NCBI GenBank assembly: GCA_041752695.1
Contig: JBGSVZ010000019.1
Location: 32,001-96,000, forward strand
Source of the DNA: Terrimicrobiaceae bacterium
Lineage (GTDB): Bacteria; Verrucomicrobiota; Verrucomicrobiia; Chthoniobacterales; Terrimicrobiaceae
DNA length: 64,000 bases
Direction: 5' to 3'
Under the pieces are notes generated by a model. That model had not been told where the DNA came from and searched no databases. It saw only the letters and a program-made list of their open reading frames with translations. How positions within the stretch are numbered: position 1 is the first letter of the stretch; every line of letters starts with the position of its first letter. Of the stretch, positions 41,701 through 49,944 are shown piece after piece. The position numbers were made by a program, and so were the translations under genes.

Positions 41701-42191
41701 TCTCCGGCGATTTTCCGTGCTCCATCCGGGTCGCCCGCCAGAAGGCGGCCGTTCACTTCGCCCTTCAGACAACCGCTCAGCGCGATGATCCCCTTGGCAT
41801 GCGCGGCGAGAAACTCGTGGTCCACGCGGGGTTTGTAATAAAAACCCTCCAAGTGTGCGGCACTGACGATCTTGACGAGATTACGATAGCCTTCGTCATC
41901 CGCGGCAAGAAGGGTCAGGTGAAAGGACGACTCGCGGCCGGAAGAGGGATTGCGGTCCCGCATCGAACCGGACGTCACGTAGGCCTCACACCCCACGATG
42001 GGCGTCACCCCGGCCTTCTTGGCCGCCTGGTAAAACTCCACCGTGCCGAAGAGGTTGCCGTGGTCGGTCATGGCCACGGCAGGCATCCCGAATTTTGCGG
42101 CTTTTTTGACCAACTCCCCCGCCCGGATCGCCCCGTCGAGCAGCGAATATTCCGTGTGACAGTGAAGGTGAACGAAGGGATCCGCAGCCAT
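38769..42191 (-). CDS. dnaE: DNA polymerase III alpha subunit
   Basis: FVHLHCHTEYSLLDG, GRGSAAGS, PDIDVDF, KMDFLGL, YGFNKSH. Confidence 0.98.
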   Translation of the reverse strand: MAADPFVHLHCHTEYSLLDGAIRAGELVKKAAKFGMPAVAMTDHGNLFGTVEFYQAAKKAGVTPIVGCEAYVTSGSMRDRNPSSGRESSFHLTLLAADDEGYRNLVKIVSAAHLEGFYYKPRVDHEFLAAHAKGIIALSGCLKGEVNGRLLAGDPDGARKIAGEYRDIFGQENYFIELHDHGLDAQRRCNPGLVQVARDLDLDLVAANDVHFLNRDHHESHDVMLCIGTGSMVMDEKRMRYSPELYFKSSEEMAALFAEVPESLSNTVRIAERCRLDLEFGKPKYPAFEPPPGKTREAYLRELCWQGLRERYGGRADTDDELRQRLEYELGVIEKTGFVSYFLIVWDFIDYARQQGIPVGPGRGSAAGSLIAYALGITDIDPLRYGLIFERFLNPERISPPDIDVDFCMERRGEVIDYVRRKYGERCVSQIVTFGTMGAKSVVRDVGRVLGWSYSDGDRLAKMIPNELNISLTTAAEKNPELKAALENEPSTRALWDHALVLEGLSRNTGIHAAGVVIGDRPLDEYIPLCRGKENEVITQYEMNALTELGMLKMDFLGLKTLTILQHAVRLIHEKDPTFDIAKIPTDDKAAFDIYNRGETLGVFQMESGGITNCCKRFDVSSIEDIIAIGALYRPGPMQFIDDYIARKKGLKKIEYAHPLLEQVCAETQGIIVYQEQVQRAANVLAGYSLGDADLLRRAMGKKDKEKMDKERIRFVEGAKRVNNIGEGTGHAIFDFIAKFAEYGFNKSHSAAYGWVSYQTAYAKAHFPVEFMSAVLTHDAATTDRLAVVIAECTRAGINILAPDVNHSQLLFTPEKSGKEVAIRFGLASIKNVGAGAMQTMLEERAKGGPFQSLGDFCSRLDSRTVNRKILESLVKCGAFDSFQKHRAQLFSEIEQAMSAAAAVQRDRASGQGGLFDDLGGAPSAQSSSAPAVEEWSKTEMLGFEKELLGYYITGHPLQAYAGHFDSVKITSIAQAMQIEEPATFKFAGLITTVEKKFSKKDGKPFAVVRLEDFTGQLEMVAWDDTYTEHAALLVPGNVVSVSARLSLRDGEVRSMVNSFAPLKPKLSVKPVRLTLSRDKLSEGDLPALLEAVKRHPGKRPLVIEIVYQTGRKAVIHAGDGFAVGDEHALHKAVIDFSEG

Positions 42192-42268
42192 GAGACAATC
42201 GACTATAAAATGCTAACGGCGGCGGGCAAGAAGTCCCGCCGCCGCGCGTTAAAAACTCGGCACTTCAT

Positions 42269-42324
42269 GTAGCCGCCCCACTCCGCTGGGGCGTTCCCGC
42301 ACGGCAACGGAGTGCCGTGGCTAC
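42269..42324. repeat. Inverted pair of GTAG-type REP elements
   Basis: GTAGC-CGCCCCA-CTCCGC-TGGGGCG on plus; GTAGC-CACGGCA-CTCCGT-TGCCGTG on minus. Confidence 0.8.
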
Positions 42325-42333
42325 AAAGTTCGC

Positions 42334-42663
42334 TCAAGCAATGGCGTCGAGGCGACGGACGATCTCCGCCTTGCCCGTCACACCCACCGTCTGATCCTTC
42401 TTCTCGCCGCCTTTGAAAAACAGGAGAGTCGGGATGCTGCGGATGCCAAACTTTTCGGAGACGCCCGGGGCGTCATCGACATTCACCTTGGCGATCTTAT
42501 ATTTGCCGACATTTTCGTCGGCAACTTCGGCGACCACCGGGGCAAGCATCCGGCAGGGAGCGCACCAAGGTGCCCAGAAATCGACCAAAACCGGCTCAGT
42601 CGCCGCGGATACCACACTGTCAAAATTGGAGTCGTTCAACTCCAGAACGTTTTCACTAGCCAT
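42334..42663 (-). CDS. trxA: Thioredoxin
   Basis: DFWAPWCAPC, SIPTL. Confidence 0.95.
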   Translation of the reverse strand: MASENVLELNDSNFDSVVSAATEPVLVDFWAPWCAPCRMLAPVVAEVADENVGKYKIAKVNVDDAPGVSEKFGIRSIPTLLFFKGGEKKDQTVGVTGKAEIVRRLDAIA

Positions 42664-42684
42664 AGGGGAGAACTGTAGCAGAAG

Positions 42685-42721
42685 AAAAAAAACGCGCCAG
42701 CACGGTTGTGCTGGCGCGTTT
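42685..42721 (-). terminator. Intrinsic terminator
   Basis: AAACGCGCCAGCAC-GGTT-GTGCTGGCGCGTTT perfect stem ending in an 8-T run on the minus strand. Confidence 0.85.
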
Positions 42722-42766
42722 AAATTTTATGGCGTGGCACCGGTAGGATGCCGATGCCCCAGAAGC

Positions 42767-43444
42767 CTAGCCAAGCATGGTCCAGAGCTGGATGCCCATG
42801 GCCACCAACGATGCGGCCAGAGCGAGGCCGCCAACCAGAGGGCTGACATCTCCCTCGGAGGAGGCGCCGGCCTGTGGAGCGACGGTAATCGCCGCACCGG
42901 GAGCCACGGATTTCGAGGCCGAGGCAGCGGGTTTCTTTTGCAGCTGAACGGTCGCCTGTGGCACGGTCTTGGAACCGGGTGTGCTGGCGGGAACCTTGGC
43001 GGTTTCCTTCTTGCTCTCGGAAGCCAGAGGCGCGGGAGCAATCGCCGGTGTGACGATGCCCGGAGGCTTCGGCACGGTCGAAGGAGGCACGATCCCGGCT
43101 GGCGGTGCGGGCGGCGTAACGGAAGGAGGAGCCGGAGGCGCACCAACGGCACCGGGTGGCTTGGGAGCCAACGGAGGAGCCGAAGGAGGACGAGGCAGAG
43201 AAACGCCACTGGGCGGTGCAGGCGGAGTCACCGAACCCACAGGCGCCGGCGGGGCAATCGGGGCCGGAGGGATAACCGGAGCGGTTTGCGGCGCAGGCAC
43301 GGAGCCAAGCGGGGCGGTGGGTTTTTGAACGGGTTTGGGGGGCAAATTGATCATCGCGGTTTCGCGAGGATTTGATGCCAGAGGTTGACCGTCCCGACGC
43401 GGGGGGAGGACGATACGTACGGTTTCCTTCTTGGGTTCAGCCAT
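42767..43444 (-). CDS. Proline-rich, C-terminally membrane-anchored hypothetical protein
   Basis: Low-complexity P/A tract, repeated KKET motif, hydrophobic C-terminal helix; followed by a terminator. Confidence 0.75.
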   Translation of the reverse strand: MAEPKKETVRIVLPPRRDGQPLASNPRETAMINLPPKPVQKPTAPLGSVPAPQTAPVIPPAPIAPPAPVGSVTPPAPPSGVSLPRPPSAPPLAPKPPGAVGAPPAPPSVTPPAPPAGIVPPSTVPKPPGIVTPAIAPAPLASESKKETAKVPASTPGSKTVPQATVQLQKKPAASASKSVAPGAAITVAPQAGASSEGDVSPLVGGLALAASLVAMGIQLWTMLG

Positions 43445-43552
43445 ATTGGGTTACTTGGGTTAAGGCGGCAGCTTCGATTGCTAACGGGGTAAGATATTCA
43501 CAAATTCCTGAGGCCGTGTCAATAGAGCGACTGCGCGTCCGTGCAGGTTTTT

Positions 43553-45736
43553 TTACGGAGTCGCTTTTTTGTCGCCCTGGATGCTCGCCGTCTTGGTCTG
43601 CCGGTTGAGCTCGATCAGATCCTTCATGATGCGCAGGGACTCATTGCGAATGGCGTCGGGTTCAGGATCGGTCTTTTTGGCCTCCGGTTCCTCTTCGTCG
43701 GCCAGAACCGAGGCTTTTTCCGGCTTCCGGTCGTATGCGACGGCCCGCAGTTTCGGGGCAGCCAGGTCGTCGAGCTTCAACTCGTAGGCTTGGACAGCAA
43801 GGGCAGCCCCGCGTTCTTTCCGCTCCTCGATCCGCTGTTCCTTGCGTTTCTTTTCCTCGGCCAATTCCTTCCGGCGGGCGGCCTCATTTAGCGAGAGCTT
43901 GTTTTCGGAAATTTTCTCCTTAAGCCGCGCCATATCATCCATCGTGTAGAGGAATTCGGGATCCTTGGCCACTCGCTGGGTCGCCCGTTCGCGCAGTTGG
44001 TCCACAAAAAGAGGGGTCGCCGCCATGGAGTCCACAATTTTCACGGGAGCAACTTCGTCATAGGCCAGACGATTTTTGAGCGAACCCTCACCGATCTCCG
44101 CACTATCATAGAGCGAGGGCAGGACGATGTCGGAGCTCACCCCGTTAAGCTGGGTCGAACCGCCCCGCACACGGTAGAATTTCTGGATAGTCAGCTTCAG
44201 CGCCCCGGCATCGGCCGCCCCCAGGCTGAACGGCGACATCAAACGCCCCACGTCGATCACGGTCTGCACCGTTCCTTTGCCAAAGGTTCGCTCGTCACCC
44301 ACGATCACCGCGCGGCCGTAATCCTGCAGCGCGGCGGCAAAAATTTCGCTGGCAGAAGCACTGAGGCGATTAACCAGAACGATCAAGGGACCGCTGTACG
44401 CCACTCCGGGATTCAGATCGTTGGAAACCTGGATTTTGCCATTGGAATCCTTGGCCTGCACGACAGGACCCTTGGGAATGAACAGGCCGGTCAGATTGAT
44501 CGCCTCCTCGAGGGAGCCTCCCCCATCGCGGCGAAGGTCGATAACCAGTCCTTCGATCCCTTCGGCTTTCAGCCGGGTGAGCAGGGCGGAGACATCGGCC
44601 GTCGTGCTTTTTGGAGGCCCTTTGTCATCCATGTTGGCGTAAAACGAGGGAAGCGTGATCCAGCCAATCCTCGTGGCGCGATTGTTGCCATTCTGCAGAT
44701 CGAGCACCTCGGCTTTCGCCTCGGAGTCCTTCAGCTTAACCTCATCCCGGCGAATCTCCACGATGTCCCGCTTGGAGGGGTCCGTCGCGTCGGAAGGAAT
44801 CACCATCAGCTTGACGACGGTACCTTTTTTGCCGCGGATTTTCTCGACGACTTTGTCAAGCTTCATGTCCACCACGTCCTCAAATTCTCCATCGCCCTGG
44901 GCGACGGCAGCGATGCGGTCGTTGACCGCAAGACGACCGTCACGGTCGGCCGGACCTCCCGCCACCACTTCCTTGACCTTGGCGTAGCCATCCTCGGAGG
45001 ACAACACGGCTCCCACGCCAACGAGCGAAAGTTTCATCTGGATCTGAAAATTCGCCAGATCAGACGGGCTCAAATATTCCGAGTGGGGGTCGTAGGTCAG
45101 GGCGAGGGAGCTGAGGAAAGATTTCACCACGTCCTCGTCCTCCATCTCATTCACACTGCGCAACACCTGATCGTAGCGACGGGTGACCGTCTCCTGCGGT
45201 GTGCGCAATTTGAGTTCAGCCAGCTCTTCCTTGAGAATTTCGGCCTCGACACGATCCTGCCAGATCCGGTCGGCATCGGCCTGGTCCACGGGCCATTGGG
45301 AGTCCTGCCGGTTCACTTCCACTGTCCGCTTGCTATCGAACGTGTGTTTTTTCTGAGCGAGCTTTTTGTTCTTCGCAATGCGGTCGGTCACATTTTGCTT
45401 AAACCGTGCGAAGATATCTCTGGCCGGGGCCAGGTCGCCGCGTAGCACGCTGCCCGCGAGAGTCGTGCCGTATTTTTTCTCGAACTCATCCACATCCTTC
45501 TGGGTGAAGTAGAGTTTGTTGTAGTCCAAATTGGTCAGATAGGTCTGGAGAAACTTGCGGGACATTTCCTCGTCAAGCTTCTGGCGGGTGTAATGGCCGC
45601 GTTCCAGCCAGCTCGCGACGGAGACAGCCACCTGGCCGGGATCCACGGAACCTTTTGCGAACAAACCCGACGGCGGCAAAACCGTAAGGGCGCAGCCGAC
45701 AAGCACTGCACGAAAGAAAGTTGGGAATGCGCGCAT
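43553..45736 (-). CDS. prc: Carboxy-terminal processing protease (S41A, Prc/Tsp)
   Basis: DPHSEY, PDZ GVGAVL, DLRRDGGGSL, SASASEI, TFGKGTVQ, STQ. Confidence 0.95.
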   Translation of the reverse strand: MRAFPTFFRAVLVGCALTVLPPSGLFAKGSVDPGQVAVSVASWLERGHYTRQKLDEEMSRKFLQTYLTNLDYNKLYFTQKDVDEFEKKYGTTLAGSVLRGDLAPARDIFARFKQNVTDRIAKNKKLAQKKHTFDSKRTVEVNRQDSQWPVDQADADRIWQDRVEAEILKEELAELKLRTPQETVTRRYDQVLRSVNEMEDEDVVKSFLSSLALTYDPHSEYLSPSDLANFQIQMKLSLVGVGAVLSSEDGYAKVKEVVAGGPADRDGRLAVNDRIAAVAQGDGEFEDVVDMKLDKVVEKIRGKKGTVVKLMVIPSDATDPSKRDIVEIRRDEVKLKDSEAKAEVLDLQNGNNRATRIGWITLPSFYANMDDKGPPKSTTADVSALLTRLKAEGIEGLVIDLRRDGGGSLEEAINLTGLFIPKGPVVQAKDSNGKIQVSNDLNPGVAYSGPLIVLVNRLSASASEIFAAALQDYGRAVIVGDERTFGKGTVQTVIDVGRLMSPFSLGAADAGALKLTIQKFYRVRGGSTQLNGVSSDIVLPSLYDSAEIGEGSLKNRLAYDEVAPVKIVDSMAATPLFVDQLRERATQRVAKDPEFLYTMDDMARLKEKISENKLSLNEAARRKELAEEKKRKEQRIEERKERGAALAVQAYELKLDDLAAPKLRAVAYDRKPEKASVLADEEEPEAKKTDPEPDAIRNESLRIMKDLIELNRQTKTASIQGDKKATP

Positions 45737-45825
45737 AATTACAATGAGAACGTGAAAAACTTGCAGAGGGCTTCGGGAAAATCAAACTTCGACATGATCT
45801 TTTTTACATTTACTCAGACCACAAA

Positions 45826-46440
45826 ATGACAAATCGGTTCAAAACGTTTACGGGCGGTGCCTTGGATACCAACAGTTTTTACTACGAGGCGAAGGAGGGA
45901 TTTCTGCTTTTTGATGCGCCGCAGGGGGCGGATGCAGCGTTCGCCGACAAGCGAGTCGACCTGCTTCTGCTCACCCACGGCCATTTCGACCACGTAGCCG
46001 ACGCGGCGGCGATCATCAAACGGCACCAATGCAAGGTGGCAATGCATCCGGATACGATTCCCATGGTGACCGATCGCGAATTTTTCATCCGGTGGGGCTT
46101 CGGTCTCGAAGTTGAGCCCTTTTCCCCCGACCTGCTGCTCAACGAAGGGCCACCGGTGAAGCTGCTCGGCACGGAATTCACCATTCTTCACGTGCCCGGC
46201 CATTGTCCCGGAAGCATCTGCTTTTACCAGCGGGACGACGCCGTGCTTGTGGGGGGTGACGTTTTATTTCGCGGTGGAGTGGGCCGTTGGGACTTGCCAG
46301 GGGGCGACGGGGAGCTGCTTTTCGACGGCATCCGGACGAAACTCTTGACCCTGGACGACAATGTTGTCGTCCTTCCCGGACACGGACCGGACACTACCAT
46401 CGGGCGGGAGCGCCGCGAGAATCCCTACGTGGCGAATTGA
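45826..46440 (+). CDS. MBL-fold metallo-hydrolase (YcbL/GloC-like)
   Basis: THGHFDH, PGHCPG, GDVLF, PGHG..TTIG.ER..NP. Confidence 0.92.
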   Translation: MTNRFKTFTGGALDTNSFYYEAKEGFLLFDAPQGADAAFADKRVDLLLLTHGHFDHVADAAAIIKRHQCKVAMHPDTIPMVTDREFFIRWGFGLEVEPFSPDLLLNEGPPVKLLGTEFTILHVPGHCPGSICFYQRDDAVLVGGDVLFRGGVGRWDLPGGDGELLFDGIRTKLLTLDDNVVVLPGHGPDTTIGRERRENPYVAN

Positions 46441-46512
46441 CCGAAACTTTCCTCGACAGCAGGGCCTATCGCTTTTATCGTCTCTTACCTCGCTCACCCA
46501 GAAATTTTAACT

Positions 46513-47829
46513 ATGCCTCGCTATTCCTACGTCGCGCTGGACGCCCGCGGACAAGAAGCCGCCGGAACCATTGAAGCGGAATCTCAAAATGCCGCCGTGG
46601 GGCAGTTAAGACAGGCTGGGTATTTTCCGAAAAGCATCTCCGAAGAGGGCAAGGAAAGCAAAGCCGCCAAGGAAAGCCTGGCGAAGATGAAGCGCGACTA
46701 CTCGGCCGGAAAAGCGGCCAAGCAGTCGGGCATGGGGGGCAAAAAGGTTGCCATTTCGATTCCGTTCCTCGAGCGGAAGTCTGTCAAGGGCAAGACCCTG
46801 ATGATTTTCACACGCCAGCTTGCCACACTGATTGATGCGGGCCTCCCCCTGCTCCGTGGTCTGACCGTTCTGGCCAAACAGGAACCCGACCAGGTTCTCA
46901 GGAAGGTCATCGTCAGCCTTGCCGAAGCCGTGCAGGGTGGCGGAACGTTCTCAGAAAGCCTCGCGGGCCATCCCCGGATTTTCAACAAGTTGTATGTCAA
47001 CATGGTGAAGGCAGGCGAACTCGGCGGTGTGCTCGAGCTCGTTCTTCTCCGTCTTGCGGAGTTCCAGGAGAAAGCGCAGAAGATCAAAAACAAGGTCGTC
47101 TCCGCGATGTTCTACCCGGCCATCGTGCTGGTCATCGCCATCGCGATCATGGCATTCCTCCTGGTGTTCATCGTTCCGAAGTTCCAGGCGATCTTCGACG
47201 ACATGCTTGGCGGCAAACCGCTCCCGGCTCTGACGACGTTCGTCATCACCGCCAGCAATATGGTGAAGAACCATGTCCTTGAGATCATCGTCGCGATCGT
47301 CATTTTCGTCATTGCCTACAAAATCCTCAGCAAGACGGCCAAGGGCGCTCAAGTGATTGACGCGTTCAAATTGAAGGCCCCCCTCTTCGGCGACCTAGTC
47401 CGCAAAAGTGCCATTTCCCGTTTCGCCCGCACGCTGGGAACGCTCGTCACTAGCGGTGTGCCCATTCTCCAGGCCCTGAACATCACCCGCGAGACCGCTG
47501 GCAACCGAGTGATCGCCGACGCCATCATGAAGGTCCACGACAGCGTGAAGGAGGGCGAATCCATCGTCCAGCCTCTCGAAGCCAGTGGGGTGTTTCCGCC
47601 CATGGTCATCAGCATGATCGACGTGGGTGAGGAAACCGGACAGCTCCCGGAGATGCTTTTGAAGATCGCGGAAGTTTATGACGACGAAGTGGATAACGCC
47701 GTCTCGGGCCTCACCTCCTTGCTGGAGCCCATCATGATTGTGTTCCTGGCCCTCGTGGTTGGAACGATCGTCATCGCGCTCTTCCTTCCGCTCATCAGCA
47801 TCATCAGCGGCATGCAGCAGCAGAGCTAG
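46513..47829 (+). CDS. pilC: Type IV pilus / T2SS platform protein PilC/GspF
   Basis: FTRQLATL, YVNMVKAGE.GG.L, GEETGQL, SLLEP. Confidence 0.93.
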   Translation: MPRYSYVALDARGQEAAGTIEAESQNAAVGQLRQAGYFPKSISEEGKESKAAKESLAKMKRDYSAGKAAKQSGMGGKKVAISIPFLERKSVKGKTLMIFTRQLATLIDAGLPLLRGLTVLAKQEPDQVLRKVIVSLAEAVQGGGTFSESLAGHPRIFNKLYVNMVKAGELGGVLELVLLRLAEFQEKAQKIKNKVVSAMFYPAIVLVIAIAIMAFLLVFIVPKFQAIFDDMLGGKPLPALTTFVITASNMVKNHVLEIIVAIVIFVIAYKILSKTAKGAQVIDAFKLKAPLFGDLVRKSAISRFARTLGTLVTSGVPILQALNITRETAGNRVIADAIMKVHDSVKEGESIVQPLEASGVFPPMVISMIDVGEETGQLPEMLLKIAEVYDDEVDNAVSGLTSLLEPIMIVFLALVVGTIVIALFLPLISIISGMQQQS

Positions 47830-47838
47830 GATCTCCCC

Positions 47839-48354
47839 ATGCTTCGCAAAAAAAGACCCGGCGGTTTTACTCTCATTGAGTTGCTCGTCGTCATTGCGAT
47901 CATTGCGATTCTAGCGGCGTTGGTGCTCAGCACGGCCGGAATGATTCAAAAACAGGGAGCCAGAGCTCGCGCGAAGGCCGAAGTCGAGGCACTTTCCACG
48001 GCGCTGGAAAGTTATAAAACGGAGTATGGGGATTATCCCGAGAGCGCGGCGTTGGGATCGGCAGGGTCCACCGTTCTCTATAATGCCCTGGTCCTCTCAA
48101 ACTCCACCAATCCTCTCGGCAAGGTCTTCTTTGAGCCCACCAAAGGCATCCTGTTCAACTCAAACTATTCCAGCAGCGCGAATTATTTCGTCGATCCCTT
48201 TGGAGTCTCCTACAACTACCGCTATTACTCCGGCACAAATGGCACCAACAATAGCGGTGTCGGATTTTTCGACCTCTGGTCCTACGGTGGGGCAACGGGC
48301 ACCAAAACTAACAATACCTCCACCAACTGGGATTTTTGGATTAAGAACTGGTAG
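47839..48354 (+). CDS. Prepilin-type (GspG-like) pilin/pseudopilin
   Basis: G|FTLIELLVVIAII; ALESYK..YG.YP; DPFG..Y.Y; FDLWS.G; IKNW. Confidence 0.9.
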   Translation: MLRKKRPGGFTLIELLVVIAIIAILAALVLSTAGMIQKQGARARAKAEVEALSTALESYKTEYGDYPESAALGSAGSTVLYNALVLSNSTNPLGKVFFEPTKGILFNSNYSSSANYFVDPFGVSYNYRYYSGTNGTNNSGVGFFDLWSYGGATGTKTNNTSTNWDFWIKNW

Positions 48355-48616
48355 CTGACTCTCCGCGAGAGAGCCTGATTTCTGGGACTTGTTATAGCGC
48401 GCGTCCCAATTCTTTGGGAAAGTTGGGGAGTTTGTCTGCACAGTTCGCGTTTTAGCGGAGCGGAAACCGACAGTTTTCCGGTAGGTCAAAACGGAAAACC
48501 CCGTGTTCCACTGCGCCCGCCCGTTTCTGCCATCAGAGATCTCGAGGCCGGTGGTGAACTTCCTGTTCCTATTTTAGAAAGAAATCGAACATCACCCAAT
48601 CGCCCATCCGATGTCC

Positions 48617-49918
48617 CTAAGCCCGGCCGATGCTGGTGTAGGTGAATCCAAAACTGCGGACGGTGATGGGGTCGAGAAGGTTGCGTCCGTCAAAAATCAG
48701 TGGGGTGTGCATGACGGCCTTCAGTTCGTCGAGATCCACGCCAGTGAATTCCTTCCACTCGGTCGCCACGATTAGGGCCTCGGCATCCTTGGCCGCCTCG
48801 AGGGGCGAGGAAGCAAATTTCGCGCCCTCCACCATCTTGAACTCCTTCGCTTTCTCGATGCCTTTCGGATCAAAGACAGTGACGGAAGCGCCTTCGGCAA
48901 TGAGATCACGCACCACATCAACCGCGACCGAACTGCGCACATCGTCCGTGTCGGGTTTGAAGGTGAGGCCCCAGACGGCAATTTTCTTTTCCTTGAGGAC
49001 CCAAAGTGCTTCACGGATCTTGGCCAGGAAGCGCTCCCGCTGGGTTTGGTTGATGCGCTGGACTTCCTTGAGCAGGCTGAAATTCACCCCGAGTTGATCG
49101 CTGATCGCAATGAACGCGGCGATATCCTTCGGGAAACAGGAACCGCCGTAGCCGATGCCGGCATTGAGGAAATTTCTGCCAATCCGTTTGTCGGAACCAA
49201 TCCCGTCGGCGACTTTTTCAACATCCGCGCCGCTCGCCTCGCAAATCTGGGCGACCGCATTGATGTAGGAAATCTTGAGAGCAAGGAAGGAGTTCGCGGC
49301 GTGCTTAATGAGTTCCGCCGAGTTGATATCGGTGACGAGCACAGGAGCCATGAACGGCTCGTATATCTTTTGCATGAGCGCCACGGCGCGCTCGCTATTG
49401 CCGCCGATCACAATCCGGTCGGGCTTCATCAAGTCGGGCACCGCGCAGCCTTCGCGGAGAAACTCGGGATTGCTGACCACATCAAACTCCGCCGCGGGTT
49501 TGTAGCGGCGGATGGTATCGGCCACCTTCTCGCCAGTCTTCACCGGCACGGTGCTCTTATCCACAATCACGCGGTACTGTCCGGGCTTGAGCACACCGGC
49601 TATCTCGCGGGCCACCCGCTCAATATACGAAAGATCAACACTTCCATCGGGCTGCGGAGGCGTGGGCACGGCGATGAAGACCACCTCGGAATTGTCCACT
49701 CCTTCCTCAATGCTGGCGGTGAAATGAAGACGCTTGGCGGCAACATTCTGATGAACGAGCTCCTCAAGTCCGGGCTCGTAGATGGGAATTTTACCAGCCT
49801 TGAGCATGTCCACCTTGCGCTGGTCGTTGTCGACGCAAATGACGTTATGACCAACTTCCGCAAAACATGCGCCGCTGACCAAACCAACATACCCAGACCC
49901 AATGATACAGATTTTCAT
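48617..49918 (-). CDS. ugd: UDP-glucose 6-dehydrogenase
   Basis: GSGYVG, KSTVP, SNPEFLREG, GYGGSCFPKD, FKPDTDD.R. Confidence 0.95.
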   Translation of the reverse strand: MKICIIGSGYVGLVSGACFAEVGHNVICVDNDQRKVDMLKAGKIPIYEPGLEELVHQNVAAKRLHFTASIEEGVDNSEVVFIAVPTPPQPDGSVDLSYIERVAREIAGVLKPGQYRVIVDKSTVPVKTGEKVADTIRRYKPAAEFDVVSNPEFLREGCAVPDLMKPDRIVIGGNSERAVALMQKIYEPFMAPVLVTDINSAELIKHAANSFLALKISYINAVAQICEASGADVEKVADGIGSDKRIGRNFLNAGIGYGGSCFPKDIAAFIAISDQLGVNFSLLKEVQRINQTQRERFLAKIREALWVLKEKKIAVWGLTFKPDTDDVRSSVAVDVVRDLIAEGASVTVFDPKGIEKAKEFKMVEGAKFASSPLEAAKDAEALIVATEWKEFTGVDLDELKAVMHTPLIFDGRNLLDPITVRSFGFTYTSIGRA

Positions 49919-49944
49919 AAGAAAGAGATTCGTGTGAGAGAAAC

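Noticed and set aside
38769..42191. Possible intein or split in dnaE
   Set aside because: 1140 aa, continuous motifs, no intein signatures seen.
39636..42272. 878-aa plus-strand ORF
   Set aside because: Antisense shadow of dnaE.
48355..48616. Possible ncRNA or riboswitch between the convergent pilin and ugd genes
   Set aside because: Only short hairpins (e.g. TCCCAA-TTCT-TTGGGA); no RNA family recognised. An Rfam/Infernal search would be needed.
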